This document shows positions 42,837 through 56,850 of a stretch of 64,000 bases of DNA, piece after piece. The stretch is from Octopus vulgaris (Eukaryota), in contig OX597818.1 of assembly GCA_951406725.2 (NCBI GenBank), forward strand, positions 34,038,001-34,102,000, written 5' to 3'. The position numbers and the translations under genes were made by a program. Under the pieces are notes generated by a model. The model ran no database searches. It was given only the letters and a program-made list of their open reading frames with translations, and had not been told where the DNA came from. Numbering within the stretch: the stretch's first letter is position 1; every line of letters begins with the position of its first letter.

Positions 42837-43914
42837 TATATAAAAGTAACTGAAACATCAGCTACTGAGAGACGCACCACCGGCAGTATTTCCAAAGCAA
42901 AACTAAATGTCGCTCTCTTACCGACTCCACTTTTACCCGGCTTCTCTGTAATTACCACCAGAATCCATCAGGCCATTTGCGCTATCGAATCACTAAGTTA
43001 CGGGACATCATATTTATTACTCTATTCAAACTGTCCAACACTGTTATTGCTATATTCCAAATATACCAAATTTTAAATAAATTGACAAAGGTTATAGCGT
43101 TCAGTACTTGTTAACATTAGTACTTTCATGGCTATATCATATATCATTCGTATTTCGCTCATCTTATTTTTAAACATACATTGTCCGTTACTATCGTAGT
43201 TTCATCAAAAGTGTTTTATTAGTTTTTCTTCCAAGGATTTAGTACTTTTGAAATAGTCTTTATATTCTTGTATAATGCTGTATTACCACGACAAAGCTGC
43301 AAAATAAATACATAAAATACAAGTAGCCAGAAATCCAACGGACCAAATGCATATTACGCTGTATTTCGCCATATACTCATAAACTAGAAAGTCGTCATGT
43401 AGTCTACAATAAAATTTCAAATAAACACAAGTTTATGTAGGATGAAAGATTTCAAAACAAAAGCCAGCTAAACGTAACGTAGTTTTACCAATCCTAAGAT
43501 CACACTAGACTTATACAAACTAAGCTCTGCGGTACATCGTTTCTTGCAACAGTTAATATGCTAATACCAAAAAGAAATTGTCCAGCTTATCTATATTACA
43601 ACTTGCAGTGCATCTAACTGCAGAAGAGTGTTGGAAAATCCGCTGGAAGATACGAATAACACTCGATCTAACAAGAACACTTACTAAAGGGGTGCTGGAT
43701 AGATATCTGGGTGTTTGCAGTAAGTAATGTAAATCAACGACTCATCTGTCGCTTCTGCAATGTTCCTGCTACTAAAAGTGGCAAGTGTAGTCGTTTCAAA
43801 TGGTGATAAAAAATACTAGAAAACTGTTAACATATTATATCTCGGAAGGGTTATTATGTCAGTAATAAGCACATGTACTTGTTCTATTTCACTTCTATTA
43901 TTATTAATCAATTA

Positions 43915-44177
43915 AAAATTAAAAATAAATGCGCCCTTTTAAAGCCTAGCCAGGCTCATGGGGCCGGTTTCCCGGTTTCAATGGAGTATGTGTTCCCCAG
44001 CTGGACGTGACGTCAGTCCATCGCAGCGTTACTCATTTTTGCCAGCTGAGTGGACTGGAGCAACGTGAAATGAAGTGTTTTGCTCAAGAACACAACGCGT
44101 CGCCCGGTCGTAGAATCGAAACCACAATCTTACGATCATGATGCTGACACCCTAACCACTAAAACACGCGCCTCCAC
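43915..44177 (-). mobile_element. SINE family D with 12-bp TSD
   Basis: TSD ATTAATCAATTA at 43903-14 and 44178-89. Confidence 0.9.
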
Positions 44178-44694
44178 ATTAATCAATTAGTTAAACCATT
44201 TAACCAATTAGTTAATTGATTGTTTGATTGATTAATCGTCAGCCAGTTAGTCAATCGATTCGTTTGTCAAAGTCTTTTTGTCACCATTCACGATTGTATC
44301 CATGACATAGTCCCTTTATTCCAGATTTGCTTCGGGTCTTAGTAAATTTACGTTATTTCGTCTTTTACAAGTACATATATGTTCCGTGATGTCAGATAAC
44401 ATTGAATTCATGCAAAAAGAAACTAAATAAATCAAATTTTTTAATACGTATTGTACCTAGAATGATAGGTGTCATAAGTGAAACTTTGCTTTCATGCAGA
44501 GTATGACTAGAGTAAAACAGCTTGATAAAGCTCCTGTTTCCTCCATATTGAAATGAACTCAGCAATATATTGAATTACCAGCCAACAAGGGAGCTTATAT
44601 GTGATAGTTAGTCCTGCTACATTTTGCAGTAAAATTCCTTCAAACTATACTCTGTAGTTTCAAGCAAGGGACACATTAAATAATGTAGTTCTTC

Positions 44695-45349
44695 AGAGTT
44701 GGGTCTTTTCTTTGCTGTAGCTACCATCACTTATAAAAGACTTGCCAATTTTTCTCTGTAGTCAGATTTGTTCATCACCACTGTAGCATTTCCCGTGTCC
44801 GCTGGATGTATTATGATGGAATTGTTACTCTGTAGTCTTTTGCTAGCGAGCTCTTCTTCCTTAGTGATGTTTGGTTTGGGAAGTTTCGCTTTTTATAGTA
44901 CTTGTCTCAATTTCCACCTTAGTTCATTTCCCTGGGCTTTTGGTATCTTTATGACTTCAATAGGGGATATTCTGTCCAAGTACGGAATGCGTTTGATGGT
45001 TATCGCAAAGTTGAGACCTTTGTTTAGTCCTCTTAAATATAGAACTGTATGTCTTTATATGTTTAATGCATTTAATTAGGTTTGCATTTTGCTATTAGTA
45101 TGGCTTCCAGAGTTTAGTGTTTTTCTATCAAGTTTATTTTATGTACTGTATAACAACGTTTTACAATGATTCTTTATTGTAAATACATAGTTAACTGATG
45201 ACAAAGTGCTGTACATGTGTGTCCAGTGTAGTAATTTGATTGAGGATGTTTACAACTGTCATGCTTGCATTAAAAGTTGTACATTACATTGGTCGTCTGA
45301 AGTACTTTCGGTGGCTTACTCGTTTATCGCCTCTTGTGAGTAAGCAGAC
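44695..45349 (-). mobile_element. Penelope-like element 5' ORF relic with decayed HHR
   Basis: LNKGLNFAIT..NITKEEELA..IIIHPADTGNATVVMNKSDYREKLASLL (Penelope pre-RT motif PADKG..VV); upstream GCTTACTC..GAGTAAGC-CACC-GAAAGTACTTC-AGAC. Confidence 0.8.
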
Positions 45350-45503
45350 TTTTCATATTAGTGTGCAATGCATTTTAGTTTTGAGTTTGAGCTTACGTGT
45401 GGTAAAAGTTATGTTCTATTCGATGAGTTGCAAATACAGCACTCTTACAAGGAAGACTGTTCCATATTTTCACACACAAATACTCAAATTCGTGTGTGTG
45501 TGC

Positions 45504-45562
<59 letters not shown>

Positions 45563-46725
45563 CGTGTGTGTGTGTGTACTTTGACATTTGTTCCATGTAA
45601 ACAAGGCTATCATGTGAGTATTAACTTAGAATATAGTCACTCTAAAATAAAATACATCATTCAAGCATCTCTTTGCTGTCATTTCAACAATAGCGTTTGC
45701 TTTTTAGAATGTTCTATTCTAATATTTCTGTTTCGTCAGTTTAAAAAGTTGAAAATTGTTTTCTTTTCATTGAATTTTAAGCCATTTAATGTGACGTCAA
45801 TGGCGACATTAATGGCAACGATGATGTCAAAGGAATGGCGACAGCAACGACTGTAACAACAGCAACAAAAACAATATCACTAAACATTTAAAGTAGATCA
45901 ATGTTATACTATATCTTTATTTCAGTTTATTTATTTAGTTGACATTTTACCACTCAGTGCAGACCCAAAAATGAACATCCTTGCTAATTATAGTCCATCC
46001 CCTTTTGCAGAGGTTGTTGTTTAGTGACCCTAAAGGGAGAACTGCCAGATATTTAGCACATATAAAATAATTATTTATCTATTGTTGTTTTTCGAGTTTG
46101 TTGTCGTTTATGTTTGAAGTAGACACAGTAGACGCACACAATTCCACAGAACACAGCTTAAGAGATATTTTCCAGGATTACTTAATTAGAAAAAAAAAAT
46201 GCTTTGCTTTTGTATTTTTTACACTCAAGGGGTTTCGAATAAATGAATGTACATCCCATTTATCTAAATCAGGAAAAACATTTTAACATTAGTTGTTTTA
46301 TAGTATGTGTGTTTTTCAAGCTTATATTTTTCGTCTTCTTTATTAGGAAGTGCTAACTTCAAGGATATTAGAAGTGCATAGGGTCTTCAAATTTAATAAA
46401 GATAGACAAATATAATCAAAATGACAATCAACAAACATGCAGTTATAAATACAGTGAAAATTTAACGATTGAAAACGCAAATTTAAATGGTATTAACAAA
46501 AGACCTACCAACAACAACTCATCCTTTGCAAACGCTACTAAGTCACAAGGAACTGCTTGATAAAAGCCAATCCAAGGAAAGAAGGCATAGACGAAGTAAG
46601 TCACATGGGCCTGTGGATCATTGCTTGACTAATTTACCCAGTAAAGAGCGAGAAGGAAGGTAAAATTTCTCTGTTCTCAAAAATAGAGGACGCTTTCATA
46701 TGATATCGAAACGTGTTGGAACAAT

Positions 46726-47087
46726 CTCTAGTCGATGTGTACATAGCTTCTAGTCGATGTGTATATAGCCTCTAGTCGATGTGTATATAGCCTCTAGTCT
46801 ATATGTGTATATAGCCTCTAGTCTATATGTGTATATAGCTTCTAGTCGATGTGTATATAGCCTCTAGTCGATGTGTATATAGCCTCTAGTCTATATGTGT
46901 ATATAGCCTCTAGTTGATGTGTATATAGCCTCTAGTCTATATGTGTATATAGCTTCTAGTCGATGTGTATATAGCCTCCAGTCGATGTGTATATAGCTTC
47001 TAGACTATATGTGTATATAGCTTCTAGTCGATGTGTATATAGCCTCTAGTCGATATGTGTATATAGCCTCTAGTCGATATGTGTATA
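46726..47087. repeat. Minisatellite of 22/24-bp units (CTAGTCGATGTGTATATAGCCT), about 15-16 copies
   Basis: Directly visible. Confidence 0.92.
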
Positions 47088-48252
47088 GGTAGACAACCGG
47101 GGTTTTGACCTTATTGAGAACAAAATGGTTGAGAGTGGATAATAAAAAACCTAATGGCATAGCAGCAGTTAAAAGTCCAGCTACTAATAAGAACGTGGGA
47201 GGCTTCTTCCTTTGGGCAACACCAAAGAGGCTCACGGTCACATTCGGAAGTACAAGACAGTAGTAACCAAGAACAGAAGTTTTGTTGGAATCATATTGTG
47301 CCACGATTACACCAAGATGGCAGCTTCTCACTTTTTGTGGGTAGACTGTTCTCTGCTCTTTGCTCGTGTTTGTTAACTGTATTGAAACTTTAACTCATTT
47401 TAAAATGCTGTATCACGTTTCTGTCCTCTGTCCAATTGATCTGTGCGTGTGTGTGTGTGCGTGCGTGCGTGTATATGTGTGTGTGTATGTATGTGTGTGT
47501 ATGTATGTATGTGTGTGTGTATGTGTGGGCACCCTCATGTATATTAATGCCTATATGTTAGTTGTCTGTGTGTCTGTTTTCATCAACACCACCCGCCACC
47601 GCTTGACAACCAGCGTTGGTTCATTTACGTCTCCGTAACCTAGCGCTTCCACAAAAGAATGGCTGATAGAATAATATCAGTACTGCAGGTCGGTTTGTTG
47701 GACTAAAACCCTTCAAGGTGGTCTCCCAGCAGGGCTGCATTCCAATGACCGAAACAAGTAAAAAGATATAAGATAAAAGATAAAATCCTATCTAGAAATA
47801 AACACCAGAAATCCGTTTAATATTTACCGAAGTGGACATACTTAGAAATGTGATGGAATAGTGATTATTTCAATTAAGCTTCTCGCGCTAATATCAACGT
47901 TATCTTGATTACTTATTTAAATACGTAAAAACGCACTTAATAATGATTGGGTACAAATTTTTGAGTTCCCTTCAAAAATAATTTCGATGATCAAAAGGGA
48001 AAATGTTATATTTATTCTTTACGGTTGATTGGTTCCCGTTACCTATTTAGGTAATAAGTAAATAGTCACTTTATTTAACTTGTTGTTGTTTTGTTAATGG
48101 TGGTGGTGGTGGTGGTGGTATGGGGTGTTGGTGATGGGGTAGTTGTGCATGACCTTAAGTTTTCTCTGACTCGGTTAGCTAATAATCAAAGGTATTCATA
48201 CTGTGGCTATTACACCTTATATGTTCTGGGTAAAGTGTACCCCAGACTATAT

Positions 48253-48473
48253 TGGCAGAAACGTTAGCACGCCGGGCGAAATGCGTAGCCGTATTTCGTC
48301 TGACGTTACGTTCTGAGTTCAAATTCCGTCGAGGTCGACTTTGCCTTTCATCCTTTCCGGGTCGATAAATTAAGTACCAGTTACGCACTGGGATCAATGT
48401 AATCGACTTAATCCGTTTGTCTGTCCTTGTTTGTCCCCTCTGTGTTTAGCCCCTTGTGGATAGTAAAGAAATA
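48253..48473 (+). mobile_element. SINE family B
   Basis: Similarity to other family B copies. Confidence 0.9.
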
Positions 48474-49123
48474 TATATTGTCCTCAGGATTTGATCTGAA
48501 GGAGATTTAACTGCTATTTCTGGTATAGACAACGACTATATTGAAATTTCTTCATTGACTACTATTAATTAATTCATTGCAATTCTACAGGCGTGACTAA
48601 TTATTTGGCAGTTGTAAGTCGGTTGAATGGCAAAATCATTAGAGCGTCGAACAAAATGTTTTGCCATATTTTATTACTACTCTTTACATTTAAAGTTCAA
48701 GTCCCACCGGGATCAGCTTTGTCTTTCATCCTCATGGGTTTCATAAAATCAAGTACCGATCAAGTACTAAAGTACCGCTTTCTCACCACCGTCAAATTTC
48801 AAATCTTGGTCCAATGCTAGAAACAATAATTATATTGTAGTTATGATTAGATGCTTATCTTGAGGTTGTTCCTAATCGTACAGATTTATGATAAAAGCCA
48901 TTCTAACCATGCCATCCCTTCTTTTTCTCTTTTAGTTTAACTCAGATCTCAGACTACATTATCTGATATAACTCATTATTTTAAAGACAGCACTGTGTCA
49001 CTAGAGATTTGGTCGTTATTTCTAGCGAATCTAGCGGCCACATGACGACTTATTATAATAGTTTAACTGGCGTCTTATCGCTACTTTTGTTGAACTGCTA
49101 GGTTACGAGAACCTAAACAAACC

Positions 49124-49221
<98 letters not shown>

Positions 49222-49473
49222 CGTACTTGTGTGTGTGTATATATTTATGATTGTCCCCCACCATCGATTGACAACCAGTGCTGGTTCCCGCAGCTTAGAG
49301 TTTCGGGCGAGAAAATAAGTACCAAGTCTTTAAAGAATCAGTATTGGGATCGATTCATTCGACCAAAAATTCTTCAAGGAAGTGCCCCAGCATGGCCGCG
49401 GGCTAATGCCTTAAACAAATAAAAGATAAATATATATATATAATGCATATATGTAAGTATATATATATATATA

Positions 49474-49575
49474 CGAGGGGTGTATGAAGAGTCTTGAACC
49501 TCGAAAAAACAAATCATGGTACAAGACTTCAAGTCTCAAAGGCCTTGAAATCTAAACATTTTTCATACACCCCTC

Positions 49576-49576
<1 letters not shown>
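49474..49576. mobile_element. 103-bp mariner-type mini-MITE
   Basis: Perfect 15-bp TIR CGAGGGGTGTATGAA / TTCATACACCCCTCG; TA flanks. Confidence 0.8.
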
Positions 49577-49623
<47 letters not shown>

Positions 49624-50329
49624 GCATATATATATACTTATACATATACATATACATACACAGACATATATATATATATACCTACATACATAATACATAC
49701 ATACATACATACATACATACACACACACACATACATACATACATACATACATACATACATACATACATACATACATACATACAACGGACTTCTTTCAGTT
49801 TCCATCTGCCAAACTGGTCGGTCTGTGGCTATAGAAGAACAAACTCACCCAAGATGCGACCGCGCAATGGCACTGAACCAGAAAACGCAAAGTTGCCGCC
49901 ATGGCCGCTCGAACCTTTCTATAAGATGTCAGTTAGAGTAATATTAAGGAGATTACGTTGTTATTTTTAGCATGCTGAGTAACCACGTAGGAGTTCTCCT
50001 CCATTTGCTCGTTTTCTCATTATGTTATTTTGATAGCGTAGATGAAAGGAACGTAAAGTATTGACCCAGAGGCTTGTTTTGACAGGTTAAAGACATACGT
50101 TATGAGCTAATGATACTGCATGACTTTATTATTGCAGGTTACACATCTAAGGCTTCAATTAGATCTGTTAAATATTTTACAAATACTTGTGTTTACTTCG
50201 AAAATAGACACTTAGTGAAACAGATTGGAATTTTAACTTGTGTTTTGCGTGACGTCTTCTGCTTAGAGTGACTTCTAAAAGACTTTACAATTACAATGCT
50301 ATCAACTACGATGCACACTTCCTAGGTTG

Positions 50330-50411
<82 letters not shown>

Positions 50412-50519
50412 CGTGTGTGTGTGTGTGTGTGTGTGTGTACAGAGAGAGAGATTTATATATGCAGATATGTACATGCATATGCATATATCTGAACATAGAT
50501 ACATTAGCATATACATAAC

Positions 50520-50569
<50 letters not shown>

Positions 50570-50984
50570 GAAATATGTTACAAAAAGAAAATATAAAATA
50601 CACGTGGAAATGTAAGGGTAAAATATGAAAAATCAACGACAATGCACATTGCAAATAGAAAAAGGCTATTTATGACAGGTAACGACAAATATATACATTT
50701 AGATTGACTTAGGTAGTAATAAGAGTCATAAAAGTCATTATTATGAGATGATTGTAAGATGCTAATAAAGTAAGAGAACAAAGCGAACCATGGTTTACGC
50801 AAATATCGCTTTAAAAACACCGGCAAATACACGGTGTCAGGTCTAATACTTCCTGAGATAAAAGATTATTTGTAAGGGAGGTATATATATATATATATAT
50901 ATATATAGAAAAGAGTGAAAAAACTACAGAAGGCTTGTGTTATAAGGTTAAAAAATATATTTAAGTCGTTATGTTAGAAAAATG

Positions 50985-51191
50985 TTATAAAATTTTGTGT
51001 ATAGTAACATAGTTTGGGGAGAAATTTCTATCCCAGCACTGTTTGTAGATGGTCACATATGCCAAATCTTTCGTAGTATTTAGAGAATCGATTTCCTTTG
51101 GACATAGATTGTCAGTCACCACTTTATAGATAATTACGTGCGGATTCTCATACTCAAAGGGCACTTTTCCTGATAACATTTGCCATAATAT
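50985..51191 (-). pseudogene. Protein kinase C-lobe fragment (subdomains IX-XI), Mos-like
   Basis: ILWQMLSGKVPFEYENPHVIIYKVVTDNLCP..IYKQCWD; lacks the upstream DxYS motif and the downstream RP. Confidence 0.65.
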
Positions 51192-51473
51192 ATACAGGTT
51201 GCATATACAGGTTAGCTGAGTTAGAGGTTAAAATAACCGTCTAAGCGATAGAAGTATCCATTACACTACCGGGATATTACCTATGTTTAACCATGGGCAT
51301 GCATATGGAAGCATATTATGCTTATAAATTATCTGTAAAGAGAAGGATAAACATAAGTTTATCAAGACTCAAAATTTAATGGTAGAAAATGAAGAAATAT
51401 CGATGATATATACATACATATGTAAATGTGTACGTGTGGCTGTGTAAATATGTATATAAACATATCTATACAT

Positions 51474-51529
<56 letters not shown>

Positions 51530-51789
51530 GTATATATGTATGTGTATGTATATACACGTATGTGTATGTATATATGTATATACATATGCACATATATATG
51601 TGTGTATGTATAATTCATATGTGTATACATACGCACATATACATAAATGCTTTAGTGTGTGTACTTGTGTGCGTATGGGAGTAAAAGTATTTGTGTGTTT
51701 GTCAATGTGTCGACAAAAAAAGAAGGTAGAGAAAGAAGGGGAGAGAGGGGAAGACAGAAAGCTAAAGGGAAAAGAACACACACAATCTT

Positions 51790-52253
51790 GTCTACTCTAG
51801 GCACAAGGCCCGACATTTTTGGGGAAGGGTATTCAGTCGATTAGGTCGACCCCAGTACGCAACTGGTACTTAATTTATCGACCCCGGAAGAATGAAAGGC
51901 AAAGTCGATTATATCGACCCCAGTGCGTAACTGGTACACACTGGTACACCCCGAAAGGATGAAAGGCAAGGTCGACCTCGGCGGAATTTGAACTCAGAAC
52001 GTAGCGACAGACCAAATACCTGTTTCTTTTTTACCCACAAGGGGCTAAACACAGAGGGGACAAACAAGGACAGACAAACGGATGAAGTCGATTACATCGA
52101 CCCTAGTGCGTAATTGGTACTTAATTTATCGACCCCGAAAGGATGAAAAGCGAAGTCGACCTCGGCGGAATTTGAACTCAGAACGTAACGGCAGACGAAA
52201 TACCGTTAAGCATTTCGCCCAGTGTGCTAACGTTTCTACTAGCTCGCCGTCTT
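51790..52253 (-). mobile_element. SINE family B composite
   Basis: Head plus repeated central domains on the reverse strand. Confidence 0.88.
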
Positions 52254-52772
52254 AGAAAACACGCATCTTGTTAAAATTATGCATAATCCCACAATTAGTA
52301 AAGATGTCTACAATTTCTATTTTGTATGCAATAACTATGGTTTTTCAATTTGGTGTCATTTCTATTTGATAGACAGTTGCCATAGTTTCTAAAAGCGTTG
52401 AATAATTCATTCATATAGGTCCTGCATGAATCATAATGTGTATACATGCATTATATACACCGCCCTTGGTTCTTTGTGAATTTATTAACCCTGTATTTTA
52501 AGCAAAAAGTAGTCATGTTGTTTGAGTGTCTACCCACTAGGCTATTTCGATTTTGGCGTACCCTGGTCACAACTGCCGATATTACTCACAAACCAATTCT
52601 CATTGGATGGAGGCAGATATTGAACATTTGTAATGGATTACCTACTTCGTTGCTAATAAAGCATACCTGATGTCTCCCATGGTTCATAACTTCGTGGCCA
52701 CTTTGTATATGATTAGTATATATGTAGACAACTCAATTGCCATGTAGTGCATCTAAAACAGTAACAATGTCT

Positions 52773-52844
52773 TGACTGAAGGTACTTTCTATCTACGGAC
52801 CTCCTGCTTATGGGCCCAGCACTACTCCACTGTGCCACTCTGCT
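52773..52844 (-). pseudogene. Initiator tRNA-Met (CAT) pseudogene
   Basis: AGCAGAGTGGCACAGTGGAGTAGTGCTGGGCCCATAAGCAGGAGGTCCGTAGATAGAAAG; 3' acceptor strand degenerate. Confidence 0.75.
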
Positions 52845-53330
52845 CAGCTAGTGATTATGGAAATATATAATGTCTTATATAATCTCTTATATTGTCTGTT
52901 CTTCTGTTACGTCCGCCATCATATATTGTTTTTATATTTCGTGATGGCCATTTTGTTTTGTTTTGCTTTTTTTGTTCCTTTGCCAAATAAACATATACAC
53001 TATATAATCGTTCTTCCCTTATTATTTATTTTTTATTTTATTGCTCTTTGTTTGAAATCTTTCGTCACATATCCTGTGATCTCTTCACTGACACTCCTGT
53101 TCTGGAGAATCGCTGAGGATGTTAAAGGATGTGTGATGAAAGATTTCAGACAAAAGACACTAAAATAAGGACAATGATAAATATGAAGTGGACCCGAATT
53201 CATATCGCGTTTGTCTATTTAGCAAAAAAAAAGAAAAAGTGACCGTCCTGAAATATACGACCGTCCTCGTCACTGGAATAATATTTGCCTCTCAAACCGT
53301 AGAGATGATAGTCCATTGACGATGATAGCC

Positions 53331-53576
53331 CAGTAACGAGGAAGTTAAAACTAGTGAAGAAGTGGCTCAAAGAACAGTCAACAGAATTTTACAGGGCAGA
53401 GATACGTGCTCTCATTCGAAGGATGAACATTGCTATTGAGAGAAACGGTGACTATGTTGAGAAGTAAGGATGTGATCCACAGAGGACCAGCTTCATTTTG
53501 ATTTAAGATACATCTTCCTATGTTGCTAGTTATACCTGTCCTAAACAAAATGGCATTACTTTTTGACTCTCCCTCG
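53331..53576 (+). mobile_element. Mariner 3' end
   Basis: KKWLKEQSTEFYRAEIRALIRR..IERNGDYVEK*; TIR-like end TTTTGACTCTCCCTCG|TA. Confidence 0.85.
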
Positions 53577-53659
53577 TAACAATATTTGTTTCAACACATG
53601 ATTTCACATCAGGAATCATACAAAACAAATACATAAACGTACTTACTTCTACTTGTACT

Positions 53660-54015
53660 TGTGGCGACATTCACCCTGGGCGAGTTGAATCGGCTTCTTC
53701 TACTCATGGACGAAGTTTCGTGGGAATATGTAGATTTCACAAGCGGTCCCCAACAATCCCGCATGTGGAGACATCCTGCTTGCCGCAGATTGTCCACAGA
53801 CGCAGGGACAGAACGACCGAGGAGCCGCCGGTTGCCGAAGCAGACACTCCGAGGATTTTCACCAGAGCCCCGTCTGCCGGGTTGTGGCCCTAATACCACT
53901 CGGTGACAGACCAATCCGCCTTGGGTGGTCCTACCAGGAACCGAAGTTCCCGACGGCATACCTTTGACACTACCTGTTGCCAGCGTTCCCACCACGGTGA
54001 GGAGGGGATGGACTT
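53660..54015 (-). mobile_element. RTE-clade LINE 5' leader (structured, GC-rich)
   Basis: TATGCCG..CCTGGTAGGACCACCCAAGGCGGATTGGTC resembles RTE/BovB 5' UTRs as I recall them; contains a cUUCGg hairpin. Confidence 0.55.
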
Positions 54016-54704
54016 TGTGGACGCATACATTATATGTTGTTCATTTATTTATTTAATTATTTATTTATTTCTACAGACTATATCAAATATAGTAACTACA
54101 CAATATATGTTGCAACACTAGGTTCTTAACTTACTTTCTGTAAGGCAACATTTCACTTTCACTTTAACAAACCGCATACTTAAGATCACTGCGTTGCAAA
54201 TTTATCAGTGTCTCTTCATTTGCCATTTTGAGATCAACGGATGCTAATCAGCTGTATAAATGTTTCCATAGAGCAGCAGAGCTAGCGAGTTTGCTAGTTT
54301 ATTACTATGTCTTATGAATACGTTAGAAGCATTAAATTAGCTGCCTAAGAGGAACTGTTTCCAAACTCACCTCGTTTAACGTTTAATTAGTTGTCTTTTC
54401 TCGTTCGACTGGTGATTGCGTTATGCTTACTTCTACCACTATACAAAGCATGCGAGATAGCATTGGTCTCTTAGAAGTCCGATACATCAATCAGACAAGG
54501 AAACTATGCATAGTCATGGAATAAACTTATTTACCATAGATTTTCTGTGGAATAATACTTTTCAATTCATTTTTATTTCTTTTACATAGAGGATTGTCAT
54601 AACTGTGAAATCCCTTAAGAATACACGGCTCATTTATTGTGTATTTGTTCCAGTTTGTATCAGTTAAAACATTTTGACTGGATCCTAACATACACTCAAG
54701 CTAC

Positions 54705-54773
<69 letters not shown>

Positions 54774-54841
54774 GCTAGCTATCTATCCATCTATCTATCT
54801 ATTAATCTATTTATCTATCTATCCTTGAATCTCTCTATTTA

Positions 54842-54899
<58 letters not shown>

Positions 54900-54983
54900 T
54901 ATGTATGTGTGTGTGTATGTGTGTACAAGTATGTGTGTGTGCGAGTGTGTGTGAGTGTGTGTGTGAGAGTGTGTGTGTGTGTT

Positions 54984-55036
<53 letters not shown>

Positions 55037-55348
55037 ATGTGTGTGTGCGTATTTATGCATGCATGCATGTACACATCATTTTCAACGGTTAAACTGAAAG
55101 CAGATAAAGCTATAAATAATACCGTGTTAAAAAGTCCTTTGGATAGAAAAAGTGGAAAGATTCCCATCTGCGAATCCGATAGGGGAAGCACTGAGCAGGT
55201 ATGACGTATTTTACACCTTTTACCATAAGAAAGAATTTTTTCTCCACAGTTATTGCAGTGGAATTGCCTTTAGAAGTTAAAATGTGTCACAAACACATTT
55301 CAACTAACCTAAAGTTCAGATATATATATATATATATGTATGTATGTA

Positions 55349-55388
<40 letters not shown>

Positions 55389-55690
55389 CATACATACATA
55401 CATACATACATACATACATACATACATACATTCATACATACATACATACATATGCAATGAGCAATGGGGGAAGTGTACTGTTTATTCTCCCTGGGGCTAT
55501 CCTGTAATATACTGAATCATCAAGGATTTGGAATCTCACTTGGCAGTAGCATGCAAGTCTAAGACTGCTAAACACATCCTCACAAAGTTTAACATTGTAG
55601 TGCTTTAGTTTAAAATTCTGTATTTTATTTATAAATATGCCAATAGTGAAACTGGTTCACAGCATGATTGAATCTATATTATCTATCAAA

Positions 55691-55730
<40 letters not shown>

Positions 55731-56850
55731 AAGTCATAGGAAAAGTTAAGTGATGATTGACAAGCACTGATAAAGGCAAGCTGAAGTATTTAGCGAACGG
55801 GGACAGTTTATGACATTCGAATATAGGATACAAAAGAAATGGAATATGTTGATACTTGAATGAAGATGAGGCAGAAACGATTTAATAGAAAGAAATCCAG
55901 ACTGTCGACATAGTTAGATATATTTATTGGCAGCAGAAAATACTTAAAATGTAACGGAATGAAATCATGTCATTCTGAAATACGCAAAACGTTAGTATAG
56001 TTTCAAGCAAAAATCATAATTTTTTTTTCCTTTTTTTTAAAAAACGAAACCGATATTTGAGATTGGGAAGAGCCGACACGTAGCATGCTGTGAAACGTCA
56101 GTAAATGGCAGATGTTTATTTTATATATACAAGACGAGAGAGAAAGCAGTGCATTCAAGATGTGTATATGTGTATATGTATTTTTATGTTGCAGACCGCA
56201 CAAATCTATTTAAATATATATCCTGTGTGTATCTTCGGGCTCCTGTAAGTCTTGTGAGATTCAGAATCAATATCTAGAAAGAGCATCTCGAAGGCCCCGG
56301 ACTACGATAAACTGTCGCCCATTCCATGTAAGTTCCATCACCCATCTTCTTGTCATAGGTGCTCATCAAGGAAGCCAATACTTTCTGATACCAGTATTGT
56401 CGCAGTCATAACCATCCGAACGCAAAGAGTTGGAACTAAACCCACGGGTGAAAAACTCAGAAAATACACAGTAACTGAAACAAGACAGGCTCTTAAGTCC
56501 TTCTCCTGTCAGTTTCCTTCCGTTTTTTGCAACAACTCTGAAATCCATTAAGGCCTCCAGTGATAAAACCCTCAAGCTATACTACCCCATTCAACCATAT
56601 TCCATGAACGCTTATTTGTCTTTCCACGCTTAGAAGGTCTATATGATTTTAATTAATATACGTATAGTTATATACTTCTCATTTGCTTGATTTTTCTTTT
56701 CTTTATCCCTCCTCTTTCTATAGGCTACATTTGACGCTATACCCTATAACGTTTTCTTTTATTTTTAAACAAACTTAATAGCATTCAGTTAATCACTATA
56801 CATATCCATCATTTTCTGTTAAAATGTTTAATTGACGAGTTTCATTTCTT

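Noticed and set aside
46726-47087. CRISPR-like appearance of regular repeats (also 12337-12452)
   Set aside because: Contiguous units with no unique spacers, no cas genes, and a eukaryotic context.
53609-53995. 128-aa GC-rich ORF as a host gene
   Set aside because: No domain similarity; better explained as a retrotransposon 5' leader.
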